From: Lingula anatina
Taxonomy: Eukaryota > Animalia > Brachiopoda
NCBI GenBank assembly: GCA_051362555.1
Contig: CM120649.1
Span: forward strand, 16,692,567-16,756,566
Direction: 5' to 3'
DNA: 64,000 nt
Shown here: one piece after another, positions 1-13,930 of the stretch
Position numbering within the stretch: the stretch's first letter is position 1
How the letters are laid out: every line of letters starts with the position of its first letter
Notes under the pieces: model-generated
What the model saw: the letters and a program-made list of their open reading frames with translations, nothing else
The model's database searches: none
What the model was told of the DNA's origin: nothing
Made by a program: the position numbers and the translations under genes

Positions 1-3000
1 ACGACATGAAAAACTAAATTTTTCTCCAGACAGTCAGAGGTGATAGGGTCGCGTTTCGAGGCCACAGTCACGGAGAAAGCCAGATTGTAATAACATGCAG
101 ACCTGTAAAAAAAGCACAATGTACCAAAACATTTTTCTTGGGCTGAAAGGTTAGGGGTGCCTGCTATATATAGAGAACCATGCACTTACAATACAAGATC
201 TTTCCCTAGCATATAGCATAAAAAGAGGAAACAGAATACACAAAAATTTTTTGTCTATATTCTTTTCTTTCTTTCTTTTTTTAAATTTTTTTTCAGGCAG
301 TCAAAGGTGAAAGTTTTAACGAGCAGGTGAGACAGGAAGCTAGAGACATAGCAATGCAGACAGGTGAACGCAAGTCAAAGGCCGTCCGAGGTTAAAGGTG
401 ACCCAGTCTGGGGAGAAATTACTAAGAAGGATGCAAACTGCAGTGCCCTGCACACCTGAAAAAACACGTTCGATTTGACTCTTCATAAGTTCTGACTGCA
501 CAATGTATATACACACAAAGCTAGACAAATGTTTAAGGTATGTGTGTAAAGGTCACGCAGGGTGATTTCGCACAGACAGAAATAAAACATGTCCTGAATT
601 TTTCCACTGGACTTCATCAGTTGTGTTCAGTCAGATGTCAGATCAGCAGTGGGCCACCTGAATGAATGAAGTCATGCTTGGGTAAAAGCTGTTTTGATGT
701 GAATCATTTCAAATATATATAAAACATTCAGAATCAAGGATCAGACAGTTGCAAGCCAAGCAAGAGGTCACCTGAGTTTAATCCCCTACAGTACTTCTAC
801 TGCTAGTAAGCTACTATTTGATCATTTGAAGACATACAATGGGAAAAAGCAATAGGGAAAAAAAAAAAAAAAAAAACGAAAGCATCTGAACCCATTTAAG
901 TTCATCTTTGTGTTCACTTGGGTGTCCTTTAACTAGGAATAAAATCTTGCTGCATTACTTTAGGCTGAATTCTATATTTAAATTCTATTACCCCATGCAG
1001 ATATCTAACTTTGAACAGTATTATTTTATGCAGACTTTTATTTTCATTGCACTGCTTCACGTAGATTTCTGTCTTTTAATTAATAGTCTTACTTAATGAA
1101 AAATTCTGCTTTTTTTACGCAAACACGAGAAAAATTGCCTTATCCCAAACCACAGGCGGTATAAAACATTTACAGAAATATAGACTGTTCGATATCTCAA
1201 GGTTCCCTGAGCCAGTCCAGGATCAAACCACCTTGTAATACCCACAGCAGACATATCTAGACATTTTGTATTCAAGTCTGGCACAAGATAAGATGTTGTC
1301 AATCCCACTCTACTGTATCTTATCTATACTAGCACAAGGTTTTTTTTTTTCAATCTCAACACAATAGAGATGATATTTATTAGTTTATGCAGCATAGAAA
1401 GTGAAGCAAACTTTATGATATAAAGAGTCAAACAGGGACTTAAATAAACTTGAATTATTAAATATCAATAAAAAATCAAAAATTGCCGTTTATCTCATGT
1501 TTCCTGCATCAGTGAATACTAGGTTACAATCTTATTGATTTATCTGTGGGTTTATGTTCTTTGATAACTTATGTATCGCTTTGCTTACATTTTTATGTTC
1601 AGAGCAAATAATCTCCACAAATCCTGTGTTCCAAAGGGTGGTTTTAATGCCATTTTTAAAACATACCACTTAGTTAGGTGTATCAATCAACATCATTTCA
1701 AAAGTAATTTCTCTTAAATATTTATAAACCTACTCAGTATCATTTGTTTTTTATCAGTGGGCACATACATCATAGGAGCCAAAAGACCGATTCCATGCAT
1801 CATCTAACAGTACCCAACACATTCCTAATAACAATGCACAAGATATATAGGGAAATATGTAAAAGCAATTTGCCAATTATGTAAATGTTTTAATAACAAT
1901 GAGCTTCCTCAACGGATATCAAAACATTATGGATAAGAAAATGTCAAAATCTAGATGAACCATGAACTTGAATAATTAAATGTCTGATAAACAGACCAGG
2001 ATGTTCACATGGAGAGGGTGATTGGAGAAATGGGCCAATTGTTTCAATTCTTTTGGAAATATTTGTCCTCCATTCTCAGCAAAATGCTAATCAGAAACTT
2101 ATCATATATACCTGGGGTAGCGCTAGCAATTTTTTTCCCTCTTAGCCAAATTGCTAATTTTCATTATATTTTTCACACAATGATGTTAATTTGACTTAAA
2201 ACAAATCAAATAAACCCTAGTTTGTTTAGCCAATTTAAGTCAGCTTTAGCATTTGGCTAAACTGGTGAGTGTTAGCGCTATGTACCCCAGTAATAGTAGC
2301 ATATGAACAAACTCGTTTCCTTGGCATTGGTCCTATCAATGAAAACCACAGCCTTGACTCACATGCTTATTGACAAATATCCAGAACAAGGAAAAATAAA
2401 TAAACAGAAAATGTTCATCCTCCAAATATCTTATATATACATGCCGTTTTACAATAATTTGTAATGTTTTGGTATTGAATAAATTAGATCTTGCATATAT
2501 TAGTTATACCTGTGTTTTCACAGAAAAAATGCGTTTTTTGCAGAACCCACCTTATGCCATGGTAATTATCAGTTTATTCAGTTACTTTAAATATATATAT
2601 ATGTTAAAACCAAAAAACAAACGCTCAGGCACGGTCAGCTCACGACTCCTATCTTCCAATTCAGTAACAGTTAACATAAACTGATCCTGGCATAACCGAG
2701 CTATTTCGAACAATAAAAGGAGATATCTGGCCATGTTTTCTACATGTTAAAAGAAAGGGAAATTTTGCTGCAGTTGTTTGTGAAACACACACACACACCT
2801 CTTAACAAACTATTGATCATCATTAAATGTCCATCTGTTCTAATGACCATTTCTTCAGCTGCCAGCTATCTTTAAGGTCAACAAGTGACCTAGAGGTCAC
2901 AGGTCACCTTATGGTGGTGTTAATGGTCGTACAGCTAGGGGGATGTAAGGTCACTGCTCGGCACATGAACATATGAGGTCTAGAGAGAGAGCAAGATATA

Positions 3001-6000
3001 TGGTAAAGACTCTATGTTTTGAATGGGGTCATTTGTGAATTATACAGATACAGTATTTTTAAGTTAAATTCTTTTTGCCATATCTTTCAACCCGTTTAAC
3101 TCACAAGGGTTAACAACAGTTTCACCTGCTTATTTTCTGTTTCTCTTGTTGGAAATGAAAATTTGAGAATCTAAGGACATGAAAATGTATTATGGAAGAG
3201 AAGAGTACGGTACAGGAGGAAGGTCCTTGCATTAGAGCCAGCTGACTGCTCCCACAGGCAGGGTGGCATAATTAAATACAGGTCACGACTAGATTGCATG
3301 TAAGCCCACATCCATCCGTATCCAACACAACTGCTGTCATTGTTTCCCGAGCTCATTACAAAACACGCTTACCCACTGGTGCATGCATATATTTCCCATA
3401 CTGTACATATGGATAAGTTAATCAGCTCTTTAAGCTTTCTTGTTGAATGTAGAAATCCGTCACCATCAATGAAGTCTTTTCACTGAAAAATAAATGCTAG
3501 TACTGCTTCCTTTATGCGATATTGTATGATATAGTTTTTTTTTTTTTACTCAATTTCTTTTTTAAACAAAATATTGAATCTAATGCCTGATTATAATTCA
3601 AAGACCTTTTAAGTGAGCATCCATACTTGTGATCTGATTTTTTTAAAAATTATTTGCACATTCACTGTTTTATTTTCAAATTTTTATCTTCATGCTAACT
3701 AATGTGCCCCTGGATCGTTTTTTTTGCTGCACCAGTTAGCAAATGTAAACTGGTTCAGATCATGCCCAAGGTTTCCTGACTTTTAGAGCCTGGTACAACA
3801 TAATACATTGAGAGATTCAGAGATTACTGGTCATCCATTAATTTTTAATGAGCTAGAAAGAGAATGGATAATTATCCTGATTACCCTAATTATGAGAGCT
3901 TGTCCAGGTGCATCATCTCTGTTAACCGACAATGAGAAGCTGAACATGAATTTCAAACAGAAGCAGACAAATGCGCTGTCAATATAAATGGTTTAAGTAC
4001 TAGCACTGGGGCCATTTTCATACTAGAACTTATTAAGCTATTCAAAGGGGGAGGGGGTGTTCTTTTTGTGAAAAAGTGGACCTCTAACCAAGAGACCTTC
4101 GTGCCCTAGATCAATTTTTAACCAGAGTAAACGTTTTCCCGTAAAAAGAGCAGTTCACTCGAACCCCCCCCCCCCCCCCCCCCCCAACTGGCTATGGACC
4201 TGACTTTAGCCTGAATAATTGGCCTTAACTTTAAGACAGAAATATTCTAGATACAGGAATGTGCACAGATTTAACCAGAGAAAACTATCAGAAAAATCTG
4301 TTTAAAAAAACCTCTGTGACACCAATAGAGGGTGCTATAACCTCACATTATGAGCCTGAGAAGTACAGGTAAGAGCAAGCTGACAAGGCTGAAATGACAG
4401 TAATAAGATAAGGATGGGTTTATAACACAGGGCAATATGGTGAAGTGCGGTCAGACAGAGTCAATAACAAGATCATAAATCAAACCTTGCTATAACATGG
4501 TGCTATATCCTCTAAAACCCTGTGACCAATAGAGGGCAGATGGTAGTGAGAATGTCTAAGAAAAAAAAAATGGTATCCACGACTGATAATATGAGGGCCT
4601 ACTAGTACTATATTGTACAAGTTAGAATGTGGTCTGTACCCCCCCCCCCCCACCCCCCCCAAAAAAAAAAAAAAAAAAAAAAATCTCACAAAGAAACTTG
4701 CAGACAAAATACACAACATCTGGGTTACCCCCCCCCCCTTTCCCCTAACCCACCTCATCAATCAATACCCCCCGGCCCACCCCCACCCTAGGTTTACCAC
4801 TCCTCACTCTATATACCCATACAGTCACCCACTCCTCCAGCCATACAGACCAAATATCAGGAGTAGTGACGGCTGCTCATTATTCCATTACAATTGACTC
4901 ATTCTCCATGCACTGTTGATTTGTGACTAACGTAAATGGTGCAAAGCAAATATTACAATAGGGACAATATGGCCGTTCAATACAGGTTGCGGCAAGGTCT
5001 GATGTCACCTGCACTGAGTAACTCCGCAGTCCCTCACTGTCTGGCTTATTGGAAGGCGGCGCACCTCCACTCTTGTTTATTTTATTGTGGACTTGAGTCA
5101 CTTTGAACTTGGATGCAATCGCACTTGAATTTTTTTGTGGTTTTGGCATGGATGATGAAATATGATAAAGAACAAGGTCCCTAGTTTGACAGACATGTGT
5201 TTTGTCATTTTATTTTCCTATTTTTAAATCACAGATGGACTTGATAAGAGACACCTTGAGCTTTAAGTCTGACATCTCCCAGAGCTCTTCCTTTCAAAAT
5301 TCAATCTCCATATGAGTACAAGTGGGTTTACTAAATGACATCTTAAAATTGAAAGAACTGGTCTTCATCAGATCTGGTCAACATGGCCTGGATATAGGTT
5401 ATTTTTAGGTAACTTTCTGAACAAAATCTGTATCATCTAATAACTAGTGCACAACATTGAAAATGATAAATATATATCACATCTCTGGCTTGCCTTTCCT
5501 CTAGAGATGATATACAATACTTTCCTAATACAAATCCACACAATAATCCCTTTCCTTCAGGAGAAAATCAGCTAAACAAACCTCTACAAACACAATACAA
5601 ATCACACTACTCTCCCTTCCAGCAGTCTTCAACATATAGATTTATTGAACAATTGATTTGTTCTCCAGATTCATCTTATTATCTTAACCTTCTTATATAA
5701 ATCCTGTGAGGGGGGTGGGGGTGGAGGTGGGGGTGGGGGCGGGGGTGAGGGTGGATAAGAAATCTGAATCCCTTTGGTCGAGGGTTCACTTTAGGACAGT
5801 TACATATTTTTTCAGCATAATGGTCGCAATATCCTGATATAATCAATAGCTAATACAGTGATAAAGGCAAATTTTGGGGGAAAACATTATCTATAGTAAT
5901 ATCACCCTGTCCTTGTGCTTTGAAGGAAATGTATACCTGAGTGTGTGCTTAGTTGACCATGTTCACATTGGAACAAACATGCTACTTATTATAATCAGTT

Positions 6001-7193
6001 GTTAAGGTTGGGTTTTAATTTTCACCAGTTGTGAACCAGACTAAAATCCAACAATGCATTAGCTCTACTTCAAGCTCCCATTGTTTGCTATTGTATTTGT
6101 CACTGACTGGAAGCGTATCAACTTTGCAGTAATTTACTGTTGTGTACATTCTTACTGCCATTATGTACACTCCTTTCTGTAGTATCCTAATCTCACTTCT
6201 ACTCCTTGCCATTTCCTAATCTCACTTCTCTCTCAGTCATCTTGCTCCTGCCTAACATTTTAAACATAAACACTATTCTCAGGATTTTCCTCTAATAAGC
6301 TAAGGGTACAGTGTATTGGCATCAACAAGCAGAATGCAAAGTAGTATTTTCTTAAAGGTAGAGGCACAAAATAAATTCCATTTATAAAAACAGATTTCAA
6401 CTGCATTTTCAATCACATGCACCCTGACAAGTAACCTCTCATGGTTGCATAGAGAATAAACTAGAAGTATAAGACAGAATCAGAATAGATAGATCTACGG
6501 AATTTTACTACTCCAGTTTCAGTTTTTGACCCTTTTTGCATACAATAAGTACAGTTTCCTGATCCCAAAAATGCAATTATGCTACAAGGCATTTTACTTT
6601 CTTTTACAAGCCCCAATTTACATGTATGTATCAAAATTAATGTGGTTAATGAGTCGTGCCAAGTGGTAATGGTGGTGATGGTGGTGGTGGTGGTGGTGGG
6701 GGGGGGGGGGGGGGGGACTGTTTACAGAAGGTACCCCCCTCTTCTTCCCACTGATTTTGCCGACTGCTTAAATTTAAGATTGTAAGGTTTTACTCATTTT
6801 ACTGAAAAGACAATTCTTTAATATTTTAATGAACGTAAAAACACCAAAGCAAAAAAAGAAGAATGATCGGGTGCAATTAAAATTCTGCTTCGTGACTCTG
6901 AAATATTTACGTTAAGACTTCGCCCATGGTAATCACACAAGGCTAAGCAAAGCACCACTGTTATTATTATAATACAGTAACAAACATTCTTAAAGAGTCA
7001 CATATATTACAGCCAGACAGTGGTTACTAGTACTAGGGGGTACCAGAGCAGAGAATGCTAATCAGTGTGGTGATTGGGCTTATCTTGGCCCTCCATCTTG
7101 AAAGTTGAGCACGCCTAAGGATGCATGTTTCGACATTCTCCCTTCTGTTATATTCTAGTACTGTATGTGAATCTATAGTTCTCTCTCTCTCTC

Positions 7194-7229
<36 letters not shown>

Positions 7230-8470
7230 AGATAATTCCTTTTTAAAATATTTCCAACATGTTTAAATCGTATGCCCAGAAATTTTATTCCTGTTAAAGA
7301 CTTATCAGTTTACTTCCAAGTCTGTAAATGTTTTAGCCTACTAGTAACTGCTTTATTTTGCAGTTCTGAGCTTATGAACTCATGCCTGGTAAACACAGGT
7401 ATATTGAATCACCATCTGCATGCTTGGGTAGCAGGTGAAAATATGTCTAAGACCTGTCTGTACATGCTCCCATTACACATTACTCAATACTGTCTTCTCA
7501 TAACATTTTCAGGATTACTACCGAAGCCATTTTTCATAAGAATACAGTCCTTCCTCAAACTGACGTCAAAATTACAATAAAATGACCAAATATGTTTTAG
7601 CAAATGTGAATTTCCCTGTATGGTGAAGAAAAAATCATGTACATAGTACGAATCACTGTTTTTGCCAGACACAAGAACCCCAAGAATAACAAGTCTACTG
7701 AGTGTAAGGAGAGAAGACGTTATTTTGACACTTAAATCAATAAAGTCATGCACAATCACTGTCTTACGAGCTCTAACTTTTGCTAATCTCAAAGCAACAG
7801 AAGTCATAACTTCAGAAAGAAAAAAATTCCTTTCATTTTTTTCTAAGGAAATTATGGTCTATTTGAAAGTATCCCTGCCATTTCTTACTACTAACCATAA
7901 TTGTCTCTGCTACTTTTATAATTCTACCAAATTTGGATTAGAAAATCTAAAATCTAAGTGTAACTGATTACTAGTACATTCATGTGAAAATACTGTTGTT
8001 TTGTAGCAGAAACTAAAGACGTTCCAAGGCTGATGAATTGCAAAACGACTGCTGAATAAGGAAAGCTTTTCTAAGATAATTGTAATTGCTTTCTTTATAT
8101 CACTTGACAAATAATTGAATAACTTAAAAGTGTCACTGGTTGGACATCCGGAAAGATAATAATGTGGCATGTTCACTCAATGTTCAGCCCTACCGTTTTT
8201 AACCACAGAAACCACAGTGCCATAAGTATAAGTCACCTCACGTGATCCTCAGCATTTTCTATCGGTTTAAAAGTCAACACAAGTCTACAGAGAAAAGTAG
8301 GACCTAGATTTTGGGTTTTCGTTAGGAGACACATATTGGGTGTTTTGACACCCTTTCATGCAAAATTGTCACCACTTATAGACACTGTGAATACAAACGC
8401 CTCATAGTAATCCATCTGGGTAAGCGCTTAAACTTGCAAAATTTTTTAATTTATGCTAAAATGACTTCGA

Positions 8471-8873
<403 letters not shown>

Positions 8874-9472
8874 TCAACACCAATAATAACAATATCAGTG
8901 CAATGTTAACATATGACAATTGCATATAGCGATATCAGTGCAATGTTCACATGTATTTATTAACAATATCAGTTCAAACAAGCATGTATCACCACAACAA
9001 CAATAATGTATTCTTGATAAAATGTTTGTTTTTTGTACAGTTCAGGCTAGTAACCAATATTTACAAATATCAATACTATGCTGACATACATTAAATGATA
9101 TTCAAATGACATACTTCATGGATATAAATGAATGGTATTAAAAATGCATGTAAAACATTCCATTTACAATGGTTAATCAATACAATCACAAGGTGAAGTT
9201 TTTAGCTAAAGCAGTCTCAATTTAATAATATGACAAGATGAAGGCTATGTTTTTCGTTCATATCATAACATAGGACAAGTGTGAGATTCCCCTGCTCTCC
9301 CCTATCTCACTGACAAATAATAAGGGTATGTCTGGCAAGGAACGCGTTCCCGTTGATCATCTCAGTTCCCCAGGGTCCGTTATAATAATTTTATAACAGA
9401 ACTAGGCCATACTAGCAGACCTCATGGTCAGACAGCAGTGTAGATGGCGCATCACAAGCCTTGCCCTTGACC

Positions 9473-9650
9473 AAGGCCGCATTCAGAACAGTGGACTAAC
9501 TAATCCAAGGGTCAAATATGGCTGACCCACTTGAATACTTCCCCATGGGGAATCTATTCAGTGTCTATTAGTGGACTAGATGGCAAGCTTTTTAGTGGGT
9601 TGCCATATTTGACCCGCGGACCAGTCAGTCCACTGTTCTGAATGCGTACT
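9473..9650. mobile_element. MITE family 1 copy
   Basis: CGCATTCAGAACAGTGGACT..GGGTCAAATATGGC / GCCATATTTGACCC..AGTCCACTGTTCTGAATGCG. Confidence 0.8.
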
Positions 9651-10971
9651 AAGCTGAGTCAGTCTAGAAGTAGCTAGGCCTGTAAAGGGCAGGGGTATCC
9701 ATCAACACAGGACATGCTGCATGGTATAGGAAGCAAAATAAACAGTAACACACCACACAGGCATTTCGGGATGGGGAAGAAGTTCACCTACTGTATCTAG
9801 TTCAAGGGAGGAAACTGGTGAGAGGCAATGTGAACATCGGCTTAACATGTCCTTTTGGAGGAACCTTACCCCCCCCCCCCCCCTCCACACTTCCCTCCAT
9901 ATTAGAACCCACATTTTGGGGTTCCTAGGAGACACCTCATACAACACCCCCACCCCATTCCTTGTTGTTATACCCCATTCCTTGTGTATGTATTATATCC
10001 CATCTTCCAAAGGGGGGGGGGGGGGGTCGGGGATACCTCATTTCCTTTGCCACCAGCTTTTTGTTCATCATAAATCTGTCCATTTTTCATGTTGACAACT
10101 CAGCACTTGTCTTAATCATTACAAAGGGACTAGAGAGCCAAAGGGGGAGGGGGGGGGGAGGAGAGACTCTCTGAGAGGAGGAAGAAAGAGATTATGAAAC
10201 AGCATACCTTGAAGTTAAAATTCTGAAAAAAAGCTAAAACATCTTAATGTTCAATGTTGCCTTAGATTCACAGGGGTTATAGGCATAAAATACAAAAACA
10301 TACAAAAAAAACATTCATGACTAAGGGTGTCATGAGGAAATTGGTAACCATTCTTAGTGTGTGTGTGTGTGTGTGTGCGCGTACATGCATATGTGTGTGT
10401 GTAAATGTATTTGTCTGTGTTCACATAGCAATGGGTGTGATAGGGGGTACAAAACCAAAGTAAATAGTTTATAAATGTCACCTGGGCATCTGGAGATTAG
10501 AAACAAACTGGCTTGAACTTAGAGGCATCAGCCCTTGTAAAAGGGAGGGAGGGATGGAGAGAGGGAGAGACAGTCTACTGTTAACCCCTTTATTTTATAT
10601 ACATTTATAACCCTTTGACCGACGTCTTCACAATCACCTTAAAAATGTCAGCTGGGTTGACAATAACAATCACCAAGATCATTATTTCCAACCCGTTTCA
10701 TTCCCTTTATCATTTCTATTTAACAATATATCAAATCACGTAATCTTTAACTTAAAGCATGGCGTCCAGCTGGCCTCAGCCTTTCTCTGCTTTGGCTAAA
10801 TTTAGACGCATCTTCAGTGGTATTTCTTTGTGTTGCCATGTATGAAACAGCGCAGCAAATCGGGAGGTTTTTCTCCCTACTTGGAGGAATACGAACAGGC
10901 TAGGGGAGGGACGTGACGCTTTGGGGGCTGTCAAGTTGACCGTGGGGGTAGGGAAGCTCGTGTTTACTTAC

Positions 10972-11028
10972 TCTCAGCTGAGACAGGTCTATATCGTCGA
11001 GGCTGACGTTAACAGACTGCGACGCCAT
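10972..11028 (-). CDS. MAP4K4: Coding exon 1 of a GCK-IV Ste20 kinase (MAP4K4/MINK1/TNIK, misshapen-like)
   Basis: Minus strand ATG at 11028 reads MASQSVNVSLDDIDLSQLR, followed by a GTAAGT donor (phase 0). This matches the 'SLxxIDLSxLR' N-terminus of MAP4K4/TNIK/msn. Confidence 0.9.
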
Positions 11029-11376
11029 CTTATGTTGAGTCGATTACACCTTGCTAGTCAAGTCACGGAAAGACTTGTGAAATAAAAATCCAAATTGTTC
11101 CTTGTAAGTCCACCCTGTGGCGAATTTGACCAGTTCTTTCCTTACTTCCAGTCGTCATGAAAGATCGTACTAATTGATGTTCATAGGTGAGAAATCCATA
11201 TAGGATAAAGAGGACTTCCGAAATCCAGTCTATCCTCTATGTACATTACAATGCAAATCTAGGTCAGCCGGTTGTATTAAAATAGAGGACTGAGTAACCG
11301 AAACGCCCAGCACAACGAAACGGCACCTCAGCAACAGCGCAATCCATGGGATTGCGTTAGGTGAGATGGCGTCGCA
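11018..11376. promoter_or_regulatory. Probable bidirectional promoter between the MAP4K4-like gene (-) and the double-GT gene (+)
   Basis: CpG-richer segment upstream of the kinase ATG. YY1-like AGATGGCG motifs occur on both strands, with an ETS-like ACTTCCG at ~11214. A + strand TAG|GTGAGA donor at 11360/11361 could splice to the acceptor at 15679. Confidence 0.4.
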
Positions 11377-11797
11377 TTTGGTCACCGCCACAACTGGTAT
11401 TCAAAATATAGCATTTAAGAATCTATTGGATTCAAGTATTTCTATTGAAATAAATATTCGTTTTGGGTTGAGCTTATGGGTAAAGGTCCTAGCGACACTT
11501 TTTACTTATTTATTTTCTTTATGTTGTAAAAAAATAAATTCCAGTGTCGAAGCATGTACCAGTGTTCATGTTAATGTTGTCTTGCCAAATGCTACTGTTT
11601 CAGTAAAAAAAGTAAACGGTTTGATATGACACATAAAGACAAATTAAGAGCTAACAAAGTAAGTAATAACACTCTACAGTATCTATGATCTTACACATAT
11701 AAGCACATTTAGTAATTATATAATGAAAATAGTTTCACTGGATCTCAGTCTGATAGTTAAAAAGTTTTCATTTATGATAGATCCACATATTTAGATT

Positions 11798-11998
11798 AAG
11801 GCCTACCTGTTGACTGTTTGGGCTGTTCACCCTGACGTACTTGGTTTCAAACCCACCCCTGGGGGGTGGAGGCGACAGGGAGTAACAAGTCATCATCAAG
11901 ACTGAGGTAATTTCCTGTTCACCTTAAACTGAACAGGCCATTCAGTTGTGACCAAGTCTGTCACAGCGAACAGACTAAACTGTCAACAGGTAAATCTA
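11798..11998. mobile_element. Hairpin MITE
   Basis: TACCTGTTGACTGTTTGGGCTGTTC..ACTTGGT / ACCAAGT..GAACAGACTAAACTGTCAACAGGTA inverted arms. Confidence 0.7.
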
Positions 11999-12413
11999 AA
12001 GACTAAATACATAAAATAATAGTAATAATATATGACATTTTGTATTTTACAAGGTACATGTAATGAACGCTTTCCATTAAATGTATACATTTTTGCTTAA
12101 AAAGGATTCATTGTGATACTTCCATGGGAGACTCGTCATAATGTCGATACATGGAGAGAAGGTTAATTATCTATAGCCTCTGAATCCCTGAATATTATGA
12201 CCCGCAGCATTCTTTCCACTGAAAAATTATTAAGATCAAAACATTATTCAAAGTATTTATTTCGTGACAGAGGTATGTTGCCAGTACTTCTTTATCAAAT
12301 TGTATTTTTTATCATGCTATACATGCTGCAGGGTCATTTACCCAATCTTTCACCGATACGTCGAATGTATTCGAAAGAAAAAAAGTAATAGATTTCGGTT
12401 CAACTTAGTCTTT

Positions 12414-13307
12414 AGGCGGGTCCCAATGGGTATTTTCGTTACCCGAGAAAGGTAATTTTTATTTCCCGAGATACGTGAAACCTTCATATTATTTGGCGTA
12501 ATCCGTGAGGAAATGGCCTATTGAACTAGTAACGTAGACAATGGTTAAGTTGGGGAAAAAAAAAGAACATTGGAGAATTTGCCGCTTTGGAGGCATACAT
12601 ATAAATATAGGCGTGGTGAGTACCCGTAAAAGTAAACGACACAGTAAACATCATTGTTTGTTAAGTAGAGCATATAAAATTTTCAACGTTAAACGTTTAA
12701 TGAACCTGCAACGTTTAAAACGATTTTATAAAGTAATTTTGCTACTGAAAATACGGTCGGACAGGTGTTTTTATTGGACCACCTTTGAGGAATGGCTAAA
12801 ATAATTATCATACTGAATACGGTACATACTTTTGAGATGGAAACCGGTTGTCTAGAGAAGTTATGATTCTTTATTGGTCAGGATGATTTATAAAGACTGT
12901 TACATTGTTTTCAGTAAAAATAATGCGTTCTTTTTAGAACAAAATGCTGCCTAGTATTTGAGAGGCAATTCTCTTTCAACCCAGATGATTTATATGAAAT
13001 GTTACATTCTTTTCAGAAAAAAAAGGTTGCCTAGAATTTGAGAATTTAGGATTCGTTTTCAGTGGAAATGATTTGCATAGACTGTTACCAGTCAACTTGG
13101 TAAGACGACACTGTAAGTACCTGTATCAATGTGTCTGTTATAATGATTTCTTATTTTGATACATATTTCATTTTTGAATTATGCAACGCCACGTGCTGGT
13201 GAAATGTAAAGTGACATACATGTTAATAATATCATGGTTTCGCAGGGCAAGTTGTATCCTCTTAGAGCACCGTTTAGAGTTACAGCGTTTAACGTACAGA
13301 CACAGAT
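12414..13307. repeat. ~0.9-kb dispersed repeat, direct copy at ~19239-20145
   Basis: Collinear similarity, e.g. AGATGGAAACCGGTTG, CTTGGTAAGACGACACTGTAAGTACCTGTATCAATGT and ACGTACAGACACAGAT in both copies. Confidence 0.9.
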
Positions 13308-13556
13308 GTGACATAGAGATCAGAGAAGAACATAAGTTCTCACTAAAAGTAATTATATGCACATTTGGTAAGCAACCGACAACATTCAAGTGCCTAGGTA
13401 GTGATCTTTGGTTTCACGGTTCATGTTGCAATAGCCGTGCAGAAGTCATATCTTTTGTAACTTTCCATGTAAACCTTGCATGGGCACTTTCTACCATACA
13501 TCCTGTGCATTCAATAACTTTACTTAATGCCCATATCACGAAGGACATAGGTGCTT

Positions 13557-13596
<40 letters not shown>

Positions 13597-13644
13597 TTCC
13601 CTTGACTGTTGCGTCGTCGGGGAGAATGTGGGCTTTAGAGGCAC

Positions 13645-13930
13645 TAAGAGTGCATTCGGAGCAGATGATCCGCGGACTAACTGGCCCGCCGACTAAATAT
13701 GGCTGACCCCATAAAAAACGATGCCGCTAATTCCTTGATGGTCTCTCCGCCTCTACAAGCGCCGTCGCTGCAGGGGGACATTGCTAGGCAGCAATTAAAC
13801 CTCGGAGCTGAGATTTGATCCTTTGGATCCGTTTGGAAACGGGGAGACCATCAGCACATTAGCGGCATCACTTTTTAAGTAGGGTCGGCCATATTTAGTC
13901 CCCGGATCATCTGTTCTGAATGCGCTCTAA
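13645..13930. mobile_element. MITE family 1 copy (TAA flanks, Harbinger-like)
   Basis: AGAGTGCATTCGGAGCAGATGATCCG..GACTAAATATGGC / GCCATATTTAGTC..CGGATCATCTGTTCTGAATGCGCTCT. Confidence 0.8.

Noticed and set aside
13181-13696. 171-aa ORF with a similar ORF at 19920-20249
   Set aside because: The similarity comes from the non-coding 0.9-kb repeat. The ORF crosses an (AATC)n tract and a MITE.
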